This document shows positions 1 to 11,658 of a stretch of 32,000 bases of DNA, piece by piece. Under the pieces are notes generated by a model, which worked only from the letters and a program-made list of their open reading frames with translations, was not told the origin of the DNA and made no database searches. The position numbers were made by a program, and so were the translations under genes. Position 1 is the stretch's first letter. The number at the start of each line of letters is the position of its first letter. Source of the stretch: Candidatus Saccharimonadota bacterium (GTDB lineage Bacteria > Pseudomonadota > Gammaproteobacteria > Enterobacterales > Enterobacteriaceae). The stretch is from assembly GCA_049942765.1 (NCBI GenBank), contig CP188086.1, positions 120,001 to 152,000 of the forward strand, read 5' to 3'.

Positions 1-973
1 AATGATCGGCATCTAAAATTATTTTAGCTTGTCTGATATCTTTTTTGATTTTACTTCGTGTATTCCATGGTACTTGTATCATCCATTCAATATAGCTACG
101 TACTACAGTAGCTTCAGCTGACATGGAAGACATTGTTTTTAATTTTTGTAGTTCATATATTGTTTTTTCTTGTGCTTCTTTTGTCATTTTTGCAGATTTT
201 ATTTTTGTTTTAAATAATTCATGTTCATCTAGAATTTCATCTATTTCTCCTAGTTCTTTTTGAATTGCTTTCATTTGTTCATTAAGATAATATTCTCGTT
301 GGCTTTTTTCCATTTGTTGTTTAACTCGATTTCTTATTTTTTTTTCTATATCTAGTAAGTCTATTTCAGTCTCCATCATGGTCATAAGATATTCAAGTCT
401 ATTATTAACATTAAAATGCTCTAATACGGATTGTTTATTTAATAATTTTAATGGAATGTGTGTTGCAATAGTATCAGCCAATTGTGCAGCATTAGTTATG
501 TTATAGATGGAATTTAGTATTTCCAATGGTATTTTTTTGCTATTTTTAATGTATTTTTCAAAAGTTTGTGTAGTGGTTTTAATTAGTATTTCTTGTTCTT
601 TTTCATTAATAATAGGAATATTAATAATATTTATTTCTGCAGAAAAGTAATTTCCATTGTTAATTAGAGATTGAATTTTTGCTCGTTCTAATCCTTCGAC
701 TAAAACTTTAACTGTTCCATCTGGTAGTTTTAACATCTGTAAAATGGAAGAAATTGTACCTGTTTCAAATAAATCATGTATTTGTGGTTCATCGGTAGAT
801 GCTTCTTTTTGAGCTACAAGCATGATTTTTTTATCTTTCTTCATAGCTGCTTCAATGCATTTAATTGATTTTTCACGACCTACAAATAATGGAATTACCA
901 TATATGGGTAAACTACTACATCTCTTAATGGTAATACAGGAATTTCAATTCGTTTAGTATGCTCAATATTCAT
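1..973 (-). CDS. lon: ATP-dependent protease La (Lon), N-terminal ~324 codons; the 3' part runs off the left edge of the window
   Basis: The reverse-strand ATG at 971-973 opens MNIEHTKRIEIPVLPLRDVVVYPYMVIPLFVGREKSIKCIEAAMKKDKKIMLVAQKEASTDEP..., nearly identical to the E. coli Lon N-terminus as I recall it. The frame is still open at position 1, where it reads ...YIEWMIQVPWNTRSKIKKDIRQAKIILDADH. It is absent from the ORF track because it is truncated by the window edge. It follows clpX as in the E. coli tig-clpP-clpX-lon order. Confidence 0.93.
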   Translation of the reverse strand, partial: MNIEHTKRIEIPVLPLRDVVVYPYMVIPLFVGREKSIKCIEAAMKKDKKIMLVAQKEASTDEPQIHDLFETGTISSILQMLKLPDGTVKVLVEGLERAKIQSLINNGNYFSAEINIINIPIINEKEQEILIKTTTQTFEKYIKNSKKIPLEILNSIYNITNAAQLADTIATHIPLKLLNKQSVLEHFNVNNRLEYLMTMMETEIDLLDIEKKIRNRVKQQMEKSQREYYLNEQMKAIQKELGEIDEILDEHELFKTKIKSAKMTKEAQEKTIYELQKLKTMSSMSAEATVVRSYIEWMIQVPWNTRSKIKKDIRQAKIILDADH

Positions 974-1183
974 AGATCTCTCTCTTAGTATTTTTACTTA
1001 ACGAAGAATTGTAAAATAAATTAAGTATGGTGTGTAATCCGTAATTAGTAGGGTTTATTGGAATAAATATTTGAGATTTTGTATTAATAATATCTATTTA
1101 ATGATAGAGTTAGTAGTGCTTTATTACATTATTCATTTCAACATCTCTGATATTATTTCATATTGTTTTGTTGAATTTAAAAT

Positions 1184-2428
1184 TTATTTTTTTATAATTT
1201 TTGGATTACATTGATTATTTATAACAAATTCATCTATAAGTACTTGTTCTATATTTTTTAAGGAGGAAAAATTATACATTGTTTCTAGTAGAATTGTTTC
1301 TAAAATAGAACGTAATCCGCGAGCTCCGACTTTTTTTGAAAGTGCTTTTTTTGCAATTTCAATAATAGCTTGTTCATTAAATTTAAGTTTGATACCTTCT
1401 AATTCGAATAATTTTATATATTGTTTGAGAAGAGCATTTTTAGGTTGCGATAAAATTTGAATTAATGATTCTTGAGTTAAAGTATGTAAGGGGATTACGA
1501 TTGGTAATCTACCAATGAATTCAGGAATTAAACCAAATTTAATTAAATCTTCTGGTGTTATTTTTTTTAAAAGGTCATCATATTGTTGCTTTTTTTGTTG
1601 AATGTTAGCGTTAAAGCCTATTTTGTTATGTTTTTCGTTTCTTTTTTCAATAATTTTATCAATTTCTAAAAATGTTCCTCCACATATAAATAGGATATTA
1701 GATGTATTAATTTGAATGCATTCTTGTTGAGGGTGTTTTCTACCTCCTCGAGGAGGTATAGAGGCAATTGTTCCCTCGATGATTTTTAATAAACTTTGTT
1801 GAACACCCTCCCCAGAGACGTCTCTAGTAATGGATGTGTTTTCAGATTTTTTAGCTATTTTATCTATTTCGTCAATATAGATAATACCCATTTCTGCTTT
1901 TTTAATATTGAAGTCAGATTTTTGTAATAATTTTAATAAAATATTTTCTACATCATCTCCTACATATCCAGCTTCTGTAATACTAGTGGCATCAGCAATA
2001 GCAAATGGAACATTAATTAATTTTGCTAAAGTTTTAGCTAACAATGTTTTTCCACTACCAGTTGGACCTATTAATAAAATATTGCTTTTTTCTAATTCTA
2101 ATTCATCAGTGTTACTATTCATATATTTAATGCGTTGATAATGGTTGTATACTGATACTGAAAGAATTTTTTTTGCTTGATTTTGTCCTATGATATATTC
2201 ATCTAAATATTTTTTTATTTCTTGTGGGTTTGGTAGTTTCAAATTTTGGATATCTAAGTTATCTTTTTTTAATTCAGTTTCATTAATAATATTATAAGAT
2301 AGCATAATGCATTCATTGCAGATAAACGCTAATGCTCCAGCTATTAATTTTTTTATTTCTTGTTGATTTTTTTTACAAAAAGAACAAAACAGTACTTTTT
2401 TATTATTGTTTTGTTGATTATCTGACAT
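1184..2428 (-). CDS. clpX: ATP-dependent Clp protease ATP-binding subunit ClpX
   Basis: This is a 414 aa ORF. It has the N-terminal zinc-finger cysteines (CSFC...CNEC), a Walker A motif (GPTGSGKT) and an IGF-like loop region. A GAGG Shine-Dalgarno sits about 6 nt upstream of the ATG at 2426-2428. It is syntenic with clpP and lon. Confidence 0.97.
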   Translation of the reverse strand: MSDNQQNNNKKVLFCSFCKKNQQEIKKLIAGALAFICNECIMLSYNIINETELKKDNLDIQNLKLPNPQEIKKYLDEYIIGQNQAKKILSVSVYNHYQRIKYMNSNTDELELEKSNILLIGPTGSGKTLLAKTLAKLINVPFAIADATSITEAGYVGDDVENILLKLLQKSDFNIKKAEMGIIYIDEIDKIAKKSENTSITRDVSGEGVQQSLLKIIEGTIASIPPRGGRKHPQQECIQINTSNILFICGGTFLEIDKIIEKRNEKHNKIGFNANIQQKKQQYDDLLKKITPEDLIKFGLIPEFIGRLPIVIPLHTLTQESLIQILSQPKNALLKQYIKLFELEGIKLKFNEQAIIEIAKKALSKKVGARGLRSILETILLETMYNFSSLKNIEQVLIDEFVINNQCNPKIIKK

Positions 2429-2468
2429 TCATTACCTCATAAAATATTATATAGTTAAAAAATTCATA

Positions 2469-3119
2469 TTAAATTGGTATTTTTTTTGATCTTTTATCGA
2501 GTATGTCATCAATCAATCCATATTTTATTGCTTCATGGCTATTGAAAAAAAAATCTCGATTTGTATCTTTTTCTATGGTTTTGATGTTTTTTTTAGTGTG
2601 TAACGACATAATTTTATTAATATTATTTCTCATTTTTACGATTTCTTTTGTGTGTATTTCTATGTCAGTACTTTGTCCTTGATAACCACCTAATGGTTGA
2701 TGAATCATGATTTGAGCATGTGGTAATGCATAGCGTTTTCCTTCTTGACCAGATGCTAATAATAATGCTCCCATAGAACATGCTTGACCAATACAAATAG
2801 TATTAATATCTGGTTTTATAAATTGTATGGTATCGTAGATGGATAATCCTGAAGTAATGATTCCGCCAGGAGAATTTATATATAAGAATATATCTTTATC
2901 AGCATTTTCAGCTTCTAAAAATAATAATTGTGCAACAATTAAGTGAGCTAAAGAGTCATCAATTACACCATTAATAAAAATAATTCTTTCTTGTAGTAGT
3001 CGAGAAAAAATGTCGTAAGATCGTTCTCCTCTAAATGTTTGTTCGATAACCATTGGAATTAGATTTTTATTATTTGATCGGTTTGTTTTGGTATTTAGCA
3101 TATTATGTGTATAAAACAT
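2469..3119 (-). CDS. clpP: ATP-dependent Clp protease proteolytic subunit ClpP
   Basis: This is a 216 aa [24 protein letters not shown]...LYINSPGG...GQACSMGA...MIHQPLGG matches E. coli ClpP closely. A strong Shine-Dalgarno, GAAGGAGAA (reverse complement of 3123-3131), lies 4 nt upstream of the ATG. Confidence 0.96.
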   Translation of the reverse strand: MFYTHNMLNTKTNRSNNKNLIPMVIEQTFRGERSYDIFSRLLQERIIFINGVIDDSLAHLIVAQLLFLEAENADKDIFLYINSPGGIITSGLSIYDTIQFIKPDINTICIGQACSMGALLLASGQEGKRYALPHAQIMIHQPLGGYQGQSTDIEIHTKEIVKMRNNINKIMSLHTKKNIKTIEKDTNRDFFFNSHEAIKYGLIDDILDKRSKKIPI

Positions 3120-3273
3120 TGTTCTCCTTCATTTTTATGTAAATGATAATGTAATAGTGTGTTTTAATTTTGTTAATGTTATTTTTTAATTAATAATTTT
3201 TTTTTATTTTTAACATATTGTTATTATTAATAATATATTGTTTCTATGCAAGATTAAGTAAACATATTATTAG

Positions 3274-4584
3274 TTAATTGTAATATTTTGTAGATTCATG
3301 AAGATTGCATTGTATAGGAATTAGTTTTATGTTTTTTAACAAAAATTGAAATATTGTTTCGTTTAAAGCTACGTTAATTAATTTTTTAACAAAATTTTTA
3401 TCAGAGTATAATTTTTGTATTTGTTTTTTATTTGGCATGTTTAATAATAAATTATTATGTATTGATTGTATGGTTTTTTCATTAATTTTTAAATTATTAT
3501 CTTCTTGAATTTGTGTAAATAATAATTCGATTATTGTTTGTTTTTTAATTTCATCTCTTAATTCTTGATCATTTTGTATAGAAATTAATATAGATGTTTG
3601 TTCTAATTGGTATTTTTTATTGCGTTGGTATTTGATTTTAGTTATTTTTTCATCTAAATATATTGAAGGTATATTTATTTTATTTTGTTCTAGTAATATA
3701 TTAAGTATTTGTTGTTCTAGATATTTTTTTGTTATTTTTTGACTGTCAATATATGTTTGGTACTTAATTTTATTAAATAATTTAGTATATGTTGTATGGT
3801 TTTTGTTTATATAATGAGTGTTCTGATCATTTGTCAAACATATTTTTTTATTTTTTTCTTTTACATTTTTTATTTCAATTTGACATTGTATTTTTTTCCC
3901 TTGCAGTTGTGTTTCGAAATGATATATAGGGAATTGTATGTCTAATATGATTATATCTCCTGTTTTTTTGTTTAGAATATTATTTTCTACATGTTTTAAT
4001 AAATGGTGATTACCAATTATAAATTGGTAATTTTTTTTATTATATTGATGTAAATTTGTATTGTTAGTGAGTAGTACATAATTGATGTTTACTAAATCTT
4101 GATATCTAATTTCTCTTGAGATTGTTATCCATTGCTCTTGTTCTTTTTTTTTCATGTTATGAATTATTTTTTCTATATCGGTATTAGATGTTATGATTGA
4201 TAAATTTTTGAGAGATTTTTTAATTTGATATTTTGGATCAAAGATAGGTGATTCTATAAATATTACAACATATATTAATGTATCATTGTATTGATACTTT
4301 TTTAATTTATATTTAGGTTTTCCTAAAATTTTTATGTTTCTTTTTTGTATGATTTCATAAAAAGTAGTGTTCATAATATCGTTAATTATATCATTTTTCA
4401 CTATAGTTAAATATTTTTTTTTTATTATTGAAAAAGGTATTTTTCCGTTTCTGAATCCATTCATTTTTTGTGTTTGTTTTAATTGTTTTAGTTTATCGTA
4501 TATTTTGGTATCTATTATTTTTGATGATATGGTGATTGTCATATGATTAATTGAATTATCTTTTTTTTCTATTTCAACATGCAT
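3274..4584 (-). CDS. tig: Trigger factor (ribosome-associated chaperone / PPIase)
   Basis: This is a 436 aa ORF; E. coli Tig is about 432 aa. The N-terminus, M.V..E......H.TITIS......KMNGFRNGKIP, matches the Tig ribosome-binding GFRxGxxP signature. Its position between bolA and clpP matches E. coli. Confidence 0.93.
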   Translation of the reverse strand: MHVEIEKKDNSINHMTITISSKIIDTKIYDKLKQLKQTQKMNGFRNGKIPFSIIKKKYLTIVKNDIINDIMNTTFYEIIQKRNIKILGKPKYKLKKYQYNDTLIYVVIFIESPIFDPKYQIKKSLKNLSIITSNTDIEKIIHNMKKKEQEQWITISREIRYQDLVNINYVLLTNNTNLHQYNKKNYQFIIGNHHLLKHVENNILNKKTGDIIILDIQFPIYHFETQLQGKKIQCQIEIKNVKEKNKKICLTNDQNTHYINKNHTTYTKLFNKIKYQTYIDSQKITKKYLEQQILNILLEQNKINIPSIYLDEKITKIKYQRNKKYQLEQTSILISIQNDQELRDEIKKQTIIELLFTQIQEDNNLKINEKTIQSIHNNLLLNMPNKKQIQKLYSDKNFVKKLINVALNETIFQFLLKNIKLIPIQCNLHESTKYYN

Positions 4585-5013
4585 ATATATGCTCCAAAAT
4601 AAGACTATATCAATATCAAATACTAAATATTAAAAACAAATTAATAATTTTAAAAAAAATAACAATATTAAATTTATACATTATATATATATCTCTTTAG
4701 ATCGTCTAGATAACTATATATAGATATGTTCATTTATTTTTATGTTAATTCTAAATTCGTTATATAAAACATATCATTTTTGTTTCCTTAGATTAAAATA
4801 TGTATATATGTACTAATGTGATTGGTTTAATTGAAATCAATATAATTTACATAAAAACAAATGATAATTCAATATTATGTAATGATATGATGAATTTGAA
4901 TTTCATATTTAAATTATAATTATTTTAATTTAATTTTAATATATATTTTTTTTAAATTATATTTTTATAGTGTACAAATTCAATATACTATTATTAGAGT
5001 AATGTCATATGTA

Positions 5014-5328
5014 TCATTTATGTGTGTTATTTATACATAATGAATTATATAATGTATTTTTATTAGTTGTATTCCATTCTGATTTAGTATAGGCATGTAT
5101 AGATATGCTATAGATTGTATGTGTAACATTATTTTTGATTATGTCTTGTATTATTCGATGTCTATCTAGTAACGTTTTATTTAAAAAAAATTGGCTAATT
5201 ATTACAATTTGTAAATGTGTAATTATTTTATTTATGCGATGGAAATTATGTTTTTGACTGTGATTTTTAATTATGATTTTATTTGTATGGAATTTTTTAC
5301 TAAGTAGTGTTTTTATTTGTTGTAACAT
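5014..5328 (-). CDS. bolA: BolA family transcriptional regulator / morphoprotein
   Basis: This is a 104 aa ORF. LLDRHRIIQDII and IYSISIHAYTKSEW align with E. coli BolA FLNRHRMIYSTL and VHALALHTYTIKEW. It lies upstream of tig on the same strand, as in E. coli. Confidence 0.85.
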   Translation of the reverse strand: MLQQIKTLLSKKFHTNKIIIKNHSQKHNFHRINKIITHLQIVIISQFFLNKTLLDRHRIIQDIIKNNVTHTIYSISIHAYTKSEWNTTNKNTLYNSLCINNTHK

Positions 5329-5807
5329 AATATGTTTATTTCTGAATAATTGTTTAAATAATATATTATTATATATGATTTTTTTATTTTATTTTATATT
5401 AATATTAAAAATATAATTTTTTTATTCATATATAAAATGATGATAAAAAATCATATTTTTTTATTAAAAATTGACTATAACTAATATTGTATATTTTTTT
5501 TCATAATATTTATTGTTTATATTAAGGTTAATAAAATGTATTATTGATGTATAATTTTATTTTTTTTTAGTTTAGTAAAAAATATGATTTTTGTTTAAAT
5601 ATAAAAAAAATAATTTATAGATATTTTATCTGAACAATTTTTTATAAAATTTTATAAATGTATTATATTATTTATATTTCATTAAATGGTATTTAGTTGT
5701 TTTTTTTAATTAATGTCAACTATGTTAGTTATATTGTGTAATATTTAAAATAATTTTATATTTATTTATTATAAAAATGACATATTTTTTATTATTAAGG
5801 AATAAAA

Positions 5808-6662
5808 ATGGGCTTGATAACAAAAAATCATGTTCTAAAAAAGATTTTATTAATATTTTCAATGATATGTTTATCTGGTTGTTCTAATGGAATATTAAGT
5901 CCTCATGGTGAGATAGTAAAACAGGAATATCATTTAATTTTGACATCAGTAGTTATGATGTTATTAATAGTAATTCCAGTAATTTTTATGACCGGTTATT
6001 TTGTATGGAAATACAGGGATAAACATTCTAACCATGAAGCAACTTATTCACCTAATTGGAATTTTTCATATGCAATTGAATTTTTTATTTGGAGTATACC
6101 TTGTATAATTATTTTTATTTTAGCAATAATTTCTTGGCGCTCTACTCATAATTTAGAACCTAGTAAACCTATTGTATCTAATTATCATCCTATTAATATA
6201 GAGGTTGTTGCATTAGATTACCAGTGGTTGTTTATTTATCCTAAATATAATATTGCTACTATTAATGAGATAGTTTTTCCTATAGATACACCTATATTAT
6301 TTCATATTACTTCTCATTCAGTAATGAACTCATTTTTTATACCATCTTTAGGAAGTCAAATTTATGCTATGAATGGTATGATAAGTAAATTATATTTAAT
6401 TGCTAATGATGTAGGTAAATATAAAGGTATTTCTGCTAACTATAGCGGTCGTGGTTTTTCTGATATGAAATTTTCTGTTTATGCAGTTTCTAGTAATGAT
6501 AAATTTTATGATTGGGTTAATGATGTAAAACGATCTAATTTAGCATTAAATAAATTTGATGAGTTTAAAAAATTATCTAAAATAGATGAACACTATTTAG
6601 TGAAATACTTTTCTAATGTATTACCTAATTTGTTTGATCAAATTGTTCGAGATAAAAATTAA
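5808..6662 (+). CDS. cyoA: Cytochrome bo3 ubiquinol oxidase subunit II
   Basis: This is a 284 aa ORF with a lipoprotein signal and lipobox (MICLSGCS) followed by two TM helices and a cupredoxin-like C-terminal domain. An AAGGAA Shine-Dalgarno precedes the ATG. It is the first gene of a complete cyoABCDE cluster. Confidence 0.95.
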   Translation: MGLITKNHVLKKILLIFSMICLSGCSNGILSPHGEIVKQEYHLILTSVVMMLLIVIPVIFMTGYFVWKYRDKHSNHEATYSPNWNFSYAIEFFIWSIPCIIIFILAIISWRSTHNLEPSKPIVSNYHPINIEVVALDYQWLFIYPKYNIATINEIVFPIDTPILFHITSHSVMNSFFIPSLGSQIYAMNGMISKLYLIANDVGKYKGISANYSGRGFSDMKFSVYAVSSNDKFYDWVNDVKRSNLALNKFDEFKKLSKIDEHYLVKYFSNVLPNLFDQIVRDKN

Positions 6663-6782
6663 TTATATTGTGTTTGTTACAAATAAAATTTTAATTATAT
6701 AGTTATAAAATATTTATGTTCAAATTATTTTATAGTTGTTTTATTTATTTATAAAAGATAAGGATGTAATAAGGATATTCGT

Positions 6783-8741
6783 ATGTTTGGAAAATTAACA
6801 TTAGAATCTATACCGTATCATGAACCAATTATTATGTTTACATATTCAGGTATTATACTTATCACAATGTTTATTTTTTTTTGTATTACGTATTGTAAAA
6901 AATGGAAATATTTATGGTATGAATGGATAACTACAGTAGATCATAAAAAAATATCTGTTATGTATTTTGTTGTTGCGTTTATTATGTTTTTTAGAGGTTT
7001 TGTTGACGCTATAATGATGAGGATTCAGCAATTTTTGTCTTCTTCTGGTCATGTTGGATTTTTATCAGCTCATCATTATGATCAAATTTTTACAGCTCAT
7101 GGTGTAATTATGATTTTTTTTGTTGCTATGCCATTAGTTGTAGGTTTAATGAACTTAGTGATTCCATTACAAATAGGTGCTCGCGATGTTGCATTTCCGT
7201 TTTTAAATAATTTAAGTTTTTGGTTAACTGTTTCGGGTGCAGTGTTAATTAATATATCATTAGGTATTGGGGAATTTGCACAAACAGGATGGTTAGCTTA
7301 TCCTCCTTTATCTGGTATTAAATATAGTTCAGGTGTAGGTGTAGATTATTGGATTTGGAGTTTGCAAATTGCAGGTATAGGAAGTATGTTGACTGGGATT
7401 AATTTTATAGTAACAATTTTAAAAATGAGAACGGTAGGTATGAATTTGTTTAAAATGCCTATTTTTTCTTGGACAGCCTTGTGTACTAATATTTTGATTT
7501 TAGTATCATTTCCAGTTTTATCTATTACATTATTTTTATTAACTTTAGATCGTTATCTTGATTTTCATTTTTTTACGTTGGAATATGGTGGAAACGTAAT
7601 GATGTATATTAATTTAATTTGGATTTGGGGGCATCCTGAAGTATACATATTAGTTTTACCTGTTTTTGGAGTTTTTTCAGAAGTGGTTTCTACTTTTTCT
7701 AAAAAATCTTTATTTGGGTATGTATCATTAGTATGGGCTACAATTTCTATTACAATATTATCGTTTATTGTTTGGTTACACCATTTTTTTACTATGGGAT
7801 CAGGTGCAGATGTTAATGCTTTTTTTGGTATTACTACAATGATTATTGCTATTCCTACTGGTGTCAAGATATTTAATTGGTTATTTACTATGTATCAAGG
7901 ACGTATTCAAATACATTCATCGATGTTATGGGCTATAGGATTTATTATTACTTTTTCAATTGGTGGAATGAGTGGTGTATTGTTATCTTTACCAACAGTA
8001 GACTTTGTATTGCATAATAGTGTTTTCCTAGTAGCTCATTTTCACAATGTTATTATTGGTGGTGTAGTATTTGGTTGTTTTTCTGGTATTACTTATTGGT
8101 TTCCAAAATTATTTGGTTTTATGTTGGATGAGAATTGGGGTAAACGTGCTTTTTGGTTTTGGATTATGGGTTTTTTTGTAGCTTTTCTTCCGTTATATGT
8201 ATTAGGTTTAATGGGGATGACTCGGAGATTGAGTCAAAATATAGATAGTGAATTTCATTTATTATTAACTATTGCTGGAATAGGTGCTTTTTTAATTATG
8301 TTTGGTATTATTTGTCAAGTAATTCAATTTTGTGTATCTATCTTGAATAGGGAATTATATAAAGATCATACTGGAGATCCTTGGAATGGTAGAACTTTAG
8401 AGTGGTCTATACCATCTCCACCTCCTATTTATAACTTTGCTATTTTACCGATAGTGGAATCTAGAGATGATTTCTGGGTGAAAAAAATATCTGATACTAA
8501 AATATTAAAAAAAAATTATCAAGATATTTATCTTCCTTGTAATACCCCAGTGGGTTTTTTAATTGGTATTTTTTCTATTTTTTTTGGTTTTTCTGCTGTT
8601 TGGTATATTTGGTGGTTATGTTTACTTTCTTTTATTTTAATATTATGTTGTATATTATTAGATAGTTTTAATCATGTTCATGAGTATTGTATATCAATTA
8701 AAAAATTGAAACTTATGGATGACATACATTATAAATATTAG
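6783..8741 (+). CDS. cyoB: Cytochrome bo3 ubiquinol oxidase subunit I (heme-copper oxidase)
   Basis: This is a 652 aa polytopic membrane ORF with heme-copper oxidase signatures ([23 protein letters not shown]). E. coli CyoB is about 663 aa. Confidence 0.97.
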   Translation: MFGKLTLESIPYHEPIIMFTYSGIILITMFIFFCITYCKKWKYLWYEWITTVDHKKISVMYFVVAFIMFFRGFVDAIMMRIQQFLSSSGHVGFLSAHHYDQIFTAHGVIMIFFVAMPLVVGLMNLVIPLQIGARDVAFPFLNNLSFWLTVSGAVLINISLGIGEFAQTGWLAYPPLSGIKYSSGVGVDYWIWSLQIAGIGSMLTGINFIVTILKMRTVGMNLFKMPIFSWTALCTNILILVSFPVLSITLFLLTLDRYLDFHFFTLEYGGNVMMYINLIWIWGHPEVYILVLPVFGVFSEVVSTFSKKSLFGYVSLVWATISITILSFIVWLHHFFTMGSGADVNAFFGITTMIIAIPTGVKIFNWLFTMYQGRIQIHSSMLWAIGFIITFSIGGMSGVLLSLPTVDFVLHNSVFLVAHFHNVIIGGVVFGCFSGITYWFPKLFGFMLDENWGKRAFWFWIMGFFVAFLPLYVLGLMGMTRRLSQNIDSEFHLLLTIAGIGAFLIMFGIICQVIQFCVSILNRELYKDHTGDPWNGRTLEWSIPSPPPIYNFAILPIVESRDDFWVKKISDTKILKKNYQDIYLPCNTPVGFLIGIFSIFFGFSAVWYIWWLCLLSFILILCCILLDSFNHVHEYCISIKKLKLMDDIHYKY

Positions 8742-8748
8742 TGGTTTT

Positions 8749-9384
8749 ATGATGATTTGGGTAGATCAAAAATACAAATTGGAGAATGAGAATAGTATTA
8801 ATATGAATAATACTTATATATCTAATAAAAAAATTTTGTTAGGTTTTTGGTTATATTTAATGAGTGATTGTATTATTTTTGCGGTAATGTTTGCTGTGTA
8901 TGAAGTTTTAATAAATCATAGTTATATTGCTATGTATAAACAAGAAATATTTGATTTATCAGTAGTGTTATTGGAAACAATAATTTTATTATTCAGTTCT
9001 TTTTCTTTTAGTATGTCCATGGTAAATTTTTTAAAAAATAAAAATCAATTAGTTATTGGTTGGTTAATCAATACTTTTTTTTTAGGTTTAAGTTTTATTT
9101 TTATTGAATGTTATGATATTTTTAATTTATTAGTTCATAATTTTACTCCTCAACGTAGTGGTTTTTTTTCTGCTTATTTTACTTTAATTGGGTTGCATGG
9201 TATACATATTGTCGTAGCATTAATATGGGTTTTAGTAATGATACTTCAATTAATAGGTATGGGATGTAGTAATTTTCTATATACTCGTATGAAATGTTTA
9301 GGTTTGTTTTGGCATTTTTTAGATATTATATGGATTTGTATATTTACTTTTGTGTATTTAATTGGGGTTATTGGATGTGTTTAA
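8749..9384 (+). CDS. cyoC: Cytochrome bo3 ubiquinol oxidase subunit III
   Basis: GFWLYLMSDCIIF...FWHFLDIIWICIFTFVYL matches E. coli CyoC FGFWIYLMSDCILF...FWHFLDVVWICVFTVVYL. The ORF opens at 8719, overlapping the cyoB stop at 8739-8741. I chose the ATG at 8749, the first one after the cyoB stop. The ATG at 8803 is also possible, so the start is uncertain. Confidence 0.9.
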   Translation: MMIWVDQKYKLENENSINMNNTYISNKKILLGFWLYLMSDCIIFAVMFAVYEVLINHSYIAMYKQEIFDLSVVLLETIILLFSSFSFSMSMVNFLKNKNQLVIGWLINTFFLGLSFIFIECYDIFNLLVHNFTPQRSGFFSAYFTLIGLHGIHIVVALIWVLVMILQLIGMGCSNFLYTRMKCLGLFWHFLDIIWICIFTFVYLIGVIGCV

Positions 9385-9697
9385 ATATATTCAAAATATT
9401 GTTAAATCAATGCATTCTATGGAGTTCGATAATTATATTGGATTGTTGTTATCAATGATATTAACGTTAATTCCATTTTTTTTGGTGATGTTGTCTTGTT
9501 TTAAAAATATGATAGTTGTTGTAATATTTTTTTGTTTGTTACAAATAATAGTACATTTTAGATATTTTTTTCAATTTAATATTAACAATTATGATATATG
9601 GTTTATCATTTTTATGATATTTACCTTAATTGTAATTTTAATTATTATTTGCGGTTCAATATGGATTATGTATAATTTACATCATAATTTAATGTAA
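9362..9697 (+). CDS. cyoD: Cytochrome bo3 ubiquinol oxidase subunit IV
   Basis: This is a 111 aa ORF. LTLIPFFLVM...GSIWIMYNLHHNLM matches E. coli CyoD LTVIPFWMVM...GSIWIMWNLNYNMM. The longest ORF overlaps cyoC by 23 nt. An internal ATG at 9410 is an alternative start. Confidence 0.85.
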   Translation: MGLLDVFKYIQNIVKSMHSMEFDNYIGLLLSMILTLIPFFLVMLSCFKNMIVVVIFFCLLQIIVHFRYFFQFNINNYDIWFIIFMIFTLIVILIIICGSIWIMYNLHHNLM

Positions 9698-9724
9698 TTA
9701 AAAAATTAAATAAGTGTTGTTTGT

Positions 9725-10579
9725 ATGTTTCTTTTTATCAAATTATTAAAACCAAATATTATTTTAGGTAATATAGTATCGATGATGGGTGGTTTTTTTT
9801 TATCAGCTCGTGGTACAATTAATTGGTTTATTTTTTTTACACTGGTTATGTCTCTTTTTTTAGTAATTGCTTCAAGTTGTATTATTAATAATATTTTTGA
9901 TCGAGATGTAGATGTACATATGGTTCGAACTAAAAATAGATTATTGGTTGTGAATTGTACTGTATTACGATTAGCAATCATATATTCTATTTTTTGTGGA
10001 ACTGTAGGATTTTTAATGTTGTATTTTTTTTTAGATTTTTTATCAACATTGTCTATCCTTATCGGTTTTTTAGCATATATTGTTTTATATACTTTTTATG
10101 CTAAAAGAAAAACAATATATGCAACATTTATTGGAGCTATCGCTGGTGCTATGCCGCCATTGTCTGGTTATTTGTCTGTTACTCATAACTTGAATCAGTG
10201 TGCATTAATATTATTTTTAATATTTTATGTATGGCAAATTCCTCATTTTTATTCTATTAGTCTTAGACGCTTAGAAGATTATAAGATGGCTAATATACCT
10301 ATTTTCGTGTTATCTAAAGGGGTCTATTTAACTAAATGCCATATTGTTATTTATATTTTATTATATTTAATGGCATCATCTATGTTAACTGTATTTGGAT
10401 ACACAGGTTGGATATATTTTTTTAGTAATTTGTTTTTTGGAATATTGTGGTTGTTAATTGCATTATTGATAACTTTACGATCTGAGAATCATGCTTTTTT
10501 GGAAAAAATATTATTTTTATTTTCTATCATTGTTATTGTAAACATAAGTATAATGATGTCAATTGATTTTCATACTTAA
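9725..10579 (+). CDS. cyoE: Protoheme IX farnesyltransferase (heme O synthase)
   Basis: This is a 284 aa polytopic ORF. KPNIILGNIVSMMGGFFLSARG and NNIFDRDVDVHMVRTKNR match the E. coli CyoE UbiA-family motifs. It is the last gene of the cyo cluster. Confidence 0.93.
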   Translation: MFLFIKLLKPNIILGNIVSMMGGFFLSARGTINWFIFFTLVMSLFLVIASSCIINNIFDRDVDVHMVRTKNRLLVVNCTVLRLAIIYSIFCGTVGFLMLYFFLDFLSTLSILIGFLAYIVLYTFYAKRKTIYATFIGAIAGAMPPLSGYLSVTHNLNQCALILFLIFYVWQIPHFYSISLRRLEDYKMANIPIFVLSKGVYLTKCHIVIYILLYLMASSMLTVFGYTGWIYFFSNLFFGILWLLIALLITLRSENHAFLEKILFLFSIIVIVNISIMMSIDFHT

Positions 10580-10635
10580 GATATATGTTAAATTTTAATT
10601 ATATCAGAAAAACATATTCTATTTTTATTCTCTAT

Positions 10636-10968
10636 TTATAAGCAATGATTGGGTTTAGGAAGCCCTGCTATTTTGCTAGCTTGTTGTGCAGGTCCTTTTG
10701 GAAATAGGGTGTATAAATATAGGCTGGTTGATTTATAGTTAGATAATTTTATTTTTAATGATTTTGATAACATCCTCATTGATGGTGTTCTGTTAAATCT
10801 AGAATAAAATTCTCTAATAAAATATATTATTTCCCAGTGTTTTTTAGTTAGAATAATGGATTCCTGTTTTGCAATATTATTAGCAATATTCTCATTCCAA
10901 TCTTGATAATATATCGTTTTTTTTAGATTTATTTTAATATTTTCATTGTTTTTTTTTAATCTATTCAT
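10636..10968 (-). CDS. tusE: Sulfurtransferase TusE (DsrC-like, tRNA 2-thiouridine pathway; YccK)
   Basis: This is a 110 aa ORF. The C-terminus, [27 protein letters not shown], matches E. coli TusE [27 protein letters not shown], including the penultimate-region Cys. Confidence 0.9.
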   Translation of the reverse strand: [110 protein letters not shown]

Positions 10969-11658
10969 AATGTTTTAGTTTTTTGATTTTAGAATATTTA
11001 GAAATGTAATGTAATTGGTATATCAATATAAAATTGAATGTATTTTTGTATAAAAAACAATTTATTTGTTTATTAACATATTATATTTTTGTGTTTTTAA
11101 TATTTTTTTGTGAAACATTTTATGTTGATAAACAAATTTTATTTGTATACTATTTATTAGTCAATGTATAATGTAATATTATTATATTGTTATGAAATTA
11201 TTAATTTTTATATTTTTTTAAACATAAAAATATTATTGATAATAATATTTTTTTAATTAATATTTTTCAATATTAGTATTAAAAATATTTTTATATAAAA
11301 TAATAATATGATATTAAGTTTTTAATATAATGAAATATAATTTGTATTATTATAGTTTTTTAAATTTGATCACGTAATTTAGTTAGAATTAATTATAATG
11401 GATTTAATAACATTTTTATATAGCAATATGTTTATTAATTGACATTAAAAATTAAGGTATTATTTATTTTTTTTAATATGATTGTATTAACAGTATATAG
11501 TTAATTTTTATAAGTTAATTCTTATACTATATGGTAATTATGAATAAAATTTTTTATTTTATTTTAATAAATTTATTTATTTTAAATTATTTATTGTAAC
11601 AATTATATTAATAACATTTAAATAAGAATATTCAGTATTTATTGTGTATAATAGTTAC

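Noticed and set aside
974-1183. I looked for possible sigma-32 heat-shock promoters upstream of lon (and similarly of clpP at 3120-3273), for example gTTGAAAtg and ctcaaat...CCCTACTA on the minus strand.
   Set aside because: Neither candidate has both a CTTGAAA-like -35 and a CCCCATnT-like -10 at proper spacing. Hexamer matching in AT-rich DNA is unreliable, so I make no promoter call.
1908-2138. This covers the antisense or out-of-frame ORFs in the track that lie inside real genes: 1908-2138(+), 7565-7867(-), 9706-9981(-), 11992-12276(+), 17440-17706(-), 21057-21266(+), 21365-21568(+), 26269-26472(+), 27432-27614(+), 27500-27742(+), 28254-28445(+) and 29801-30223(+).
   Set aside because: Each is fully or largely embedded in a well-supported conserved gene, on the opposite strand or in another frame. 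They are short and low-complexity (rich in I, F, L, K and N), and I recognise no homologs. They are the expected by-products of codon bias.
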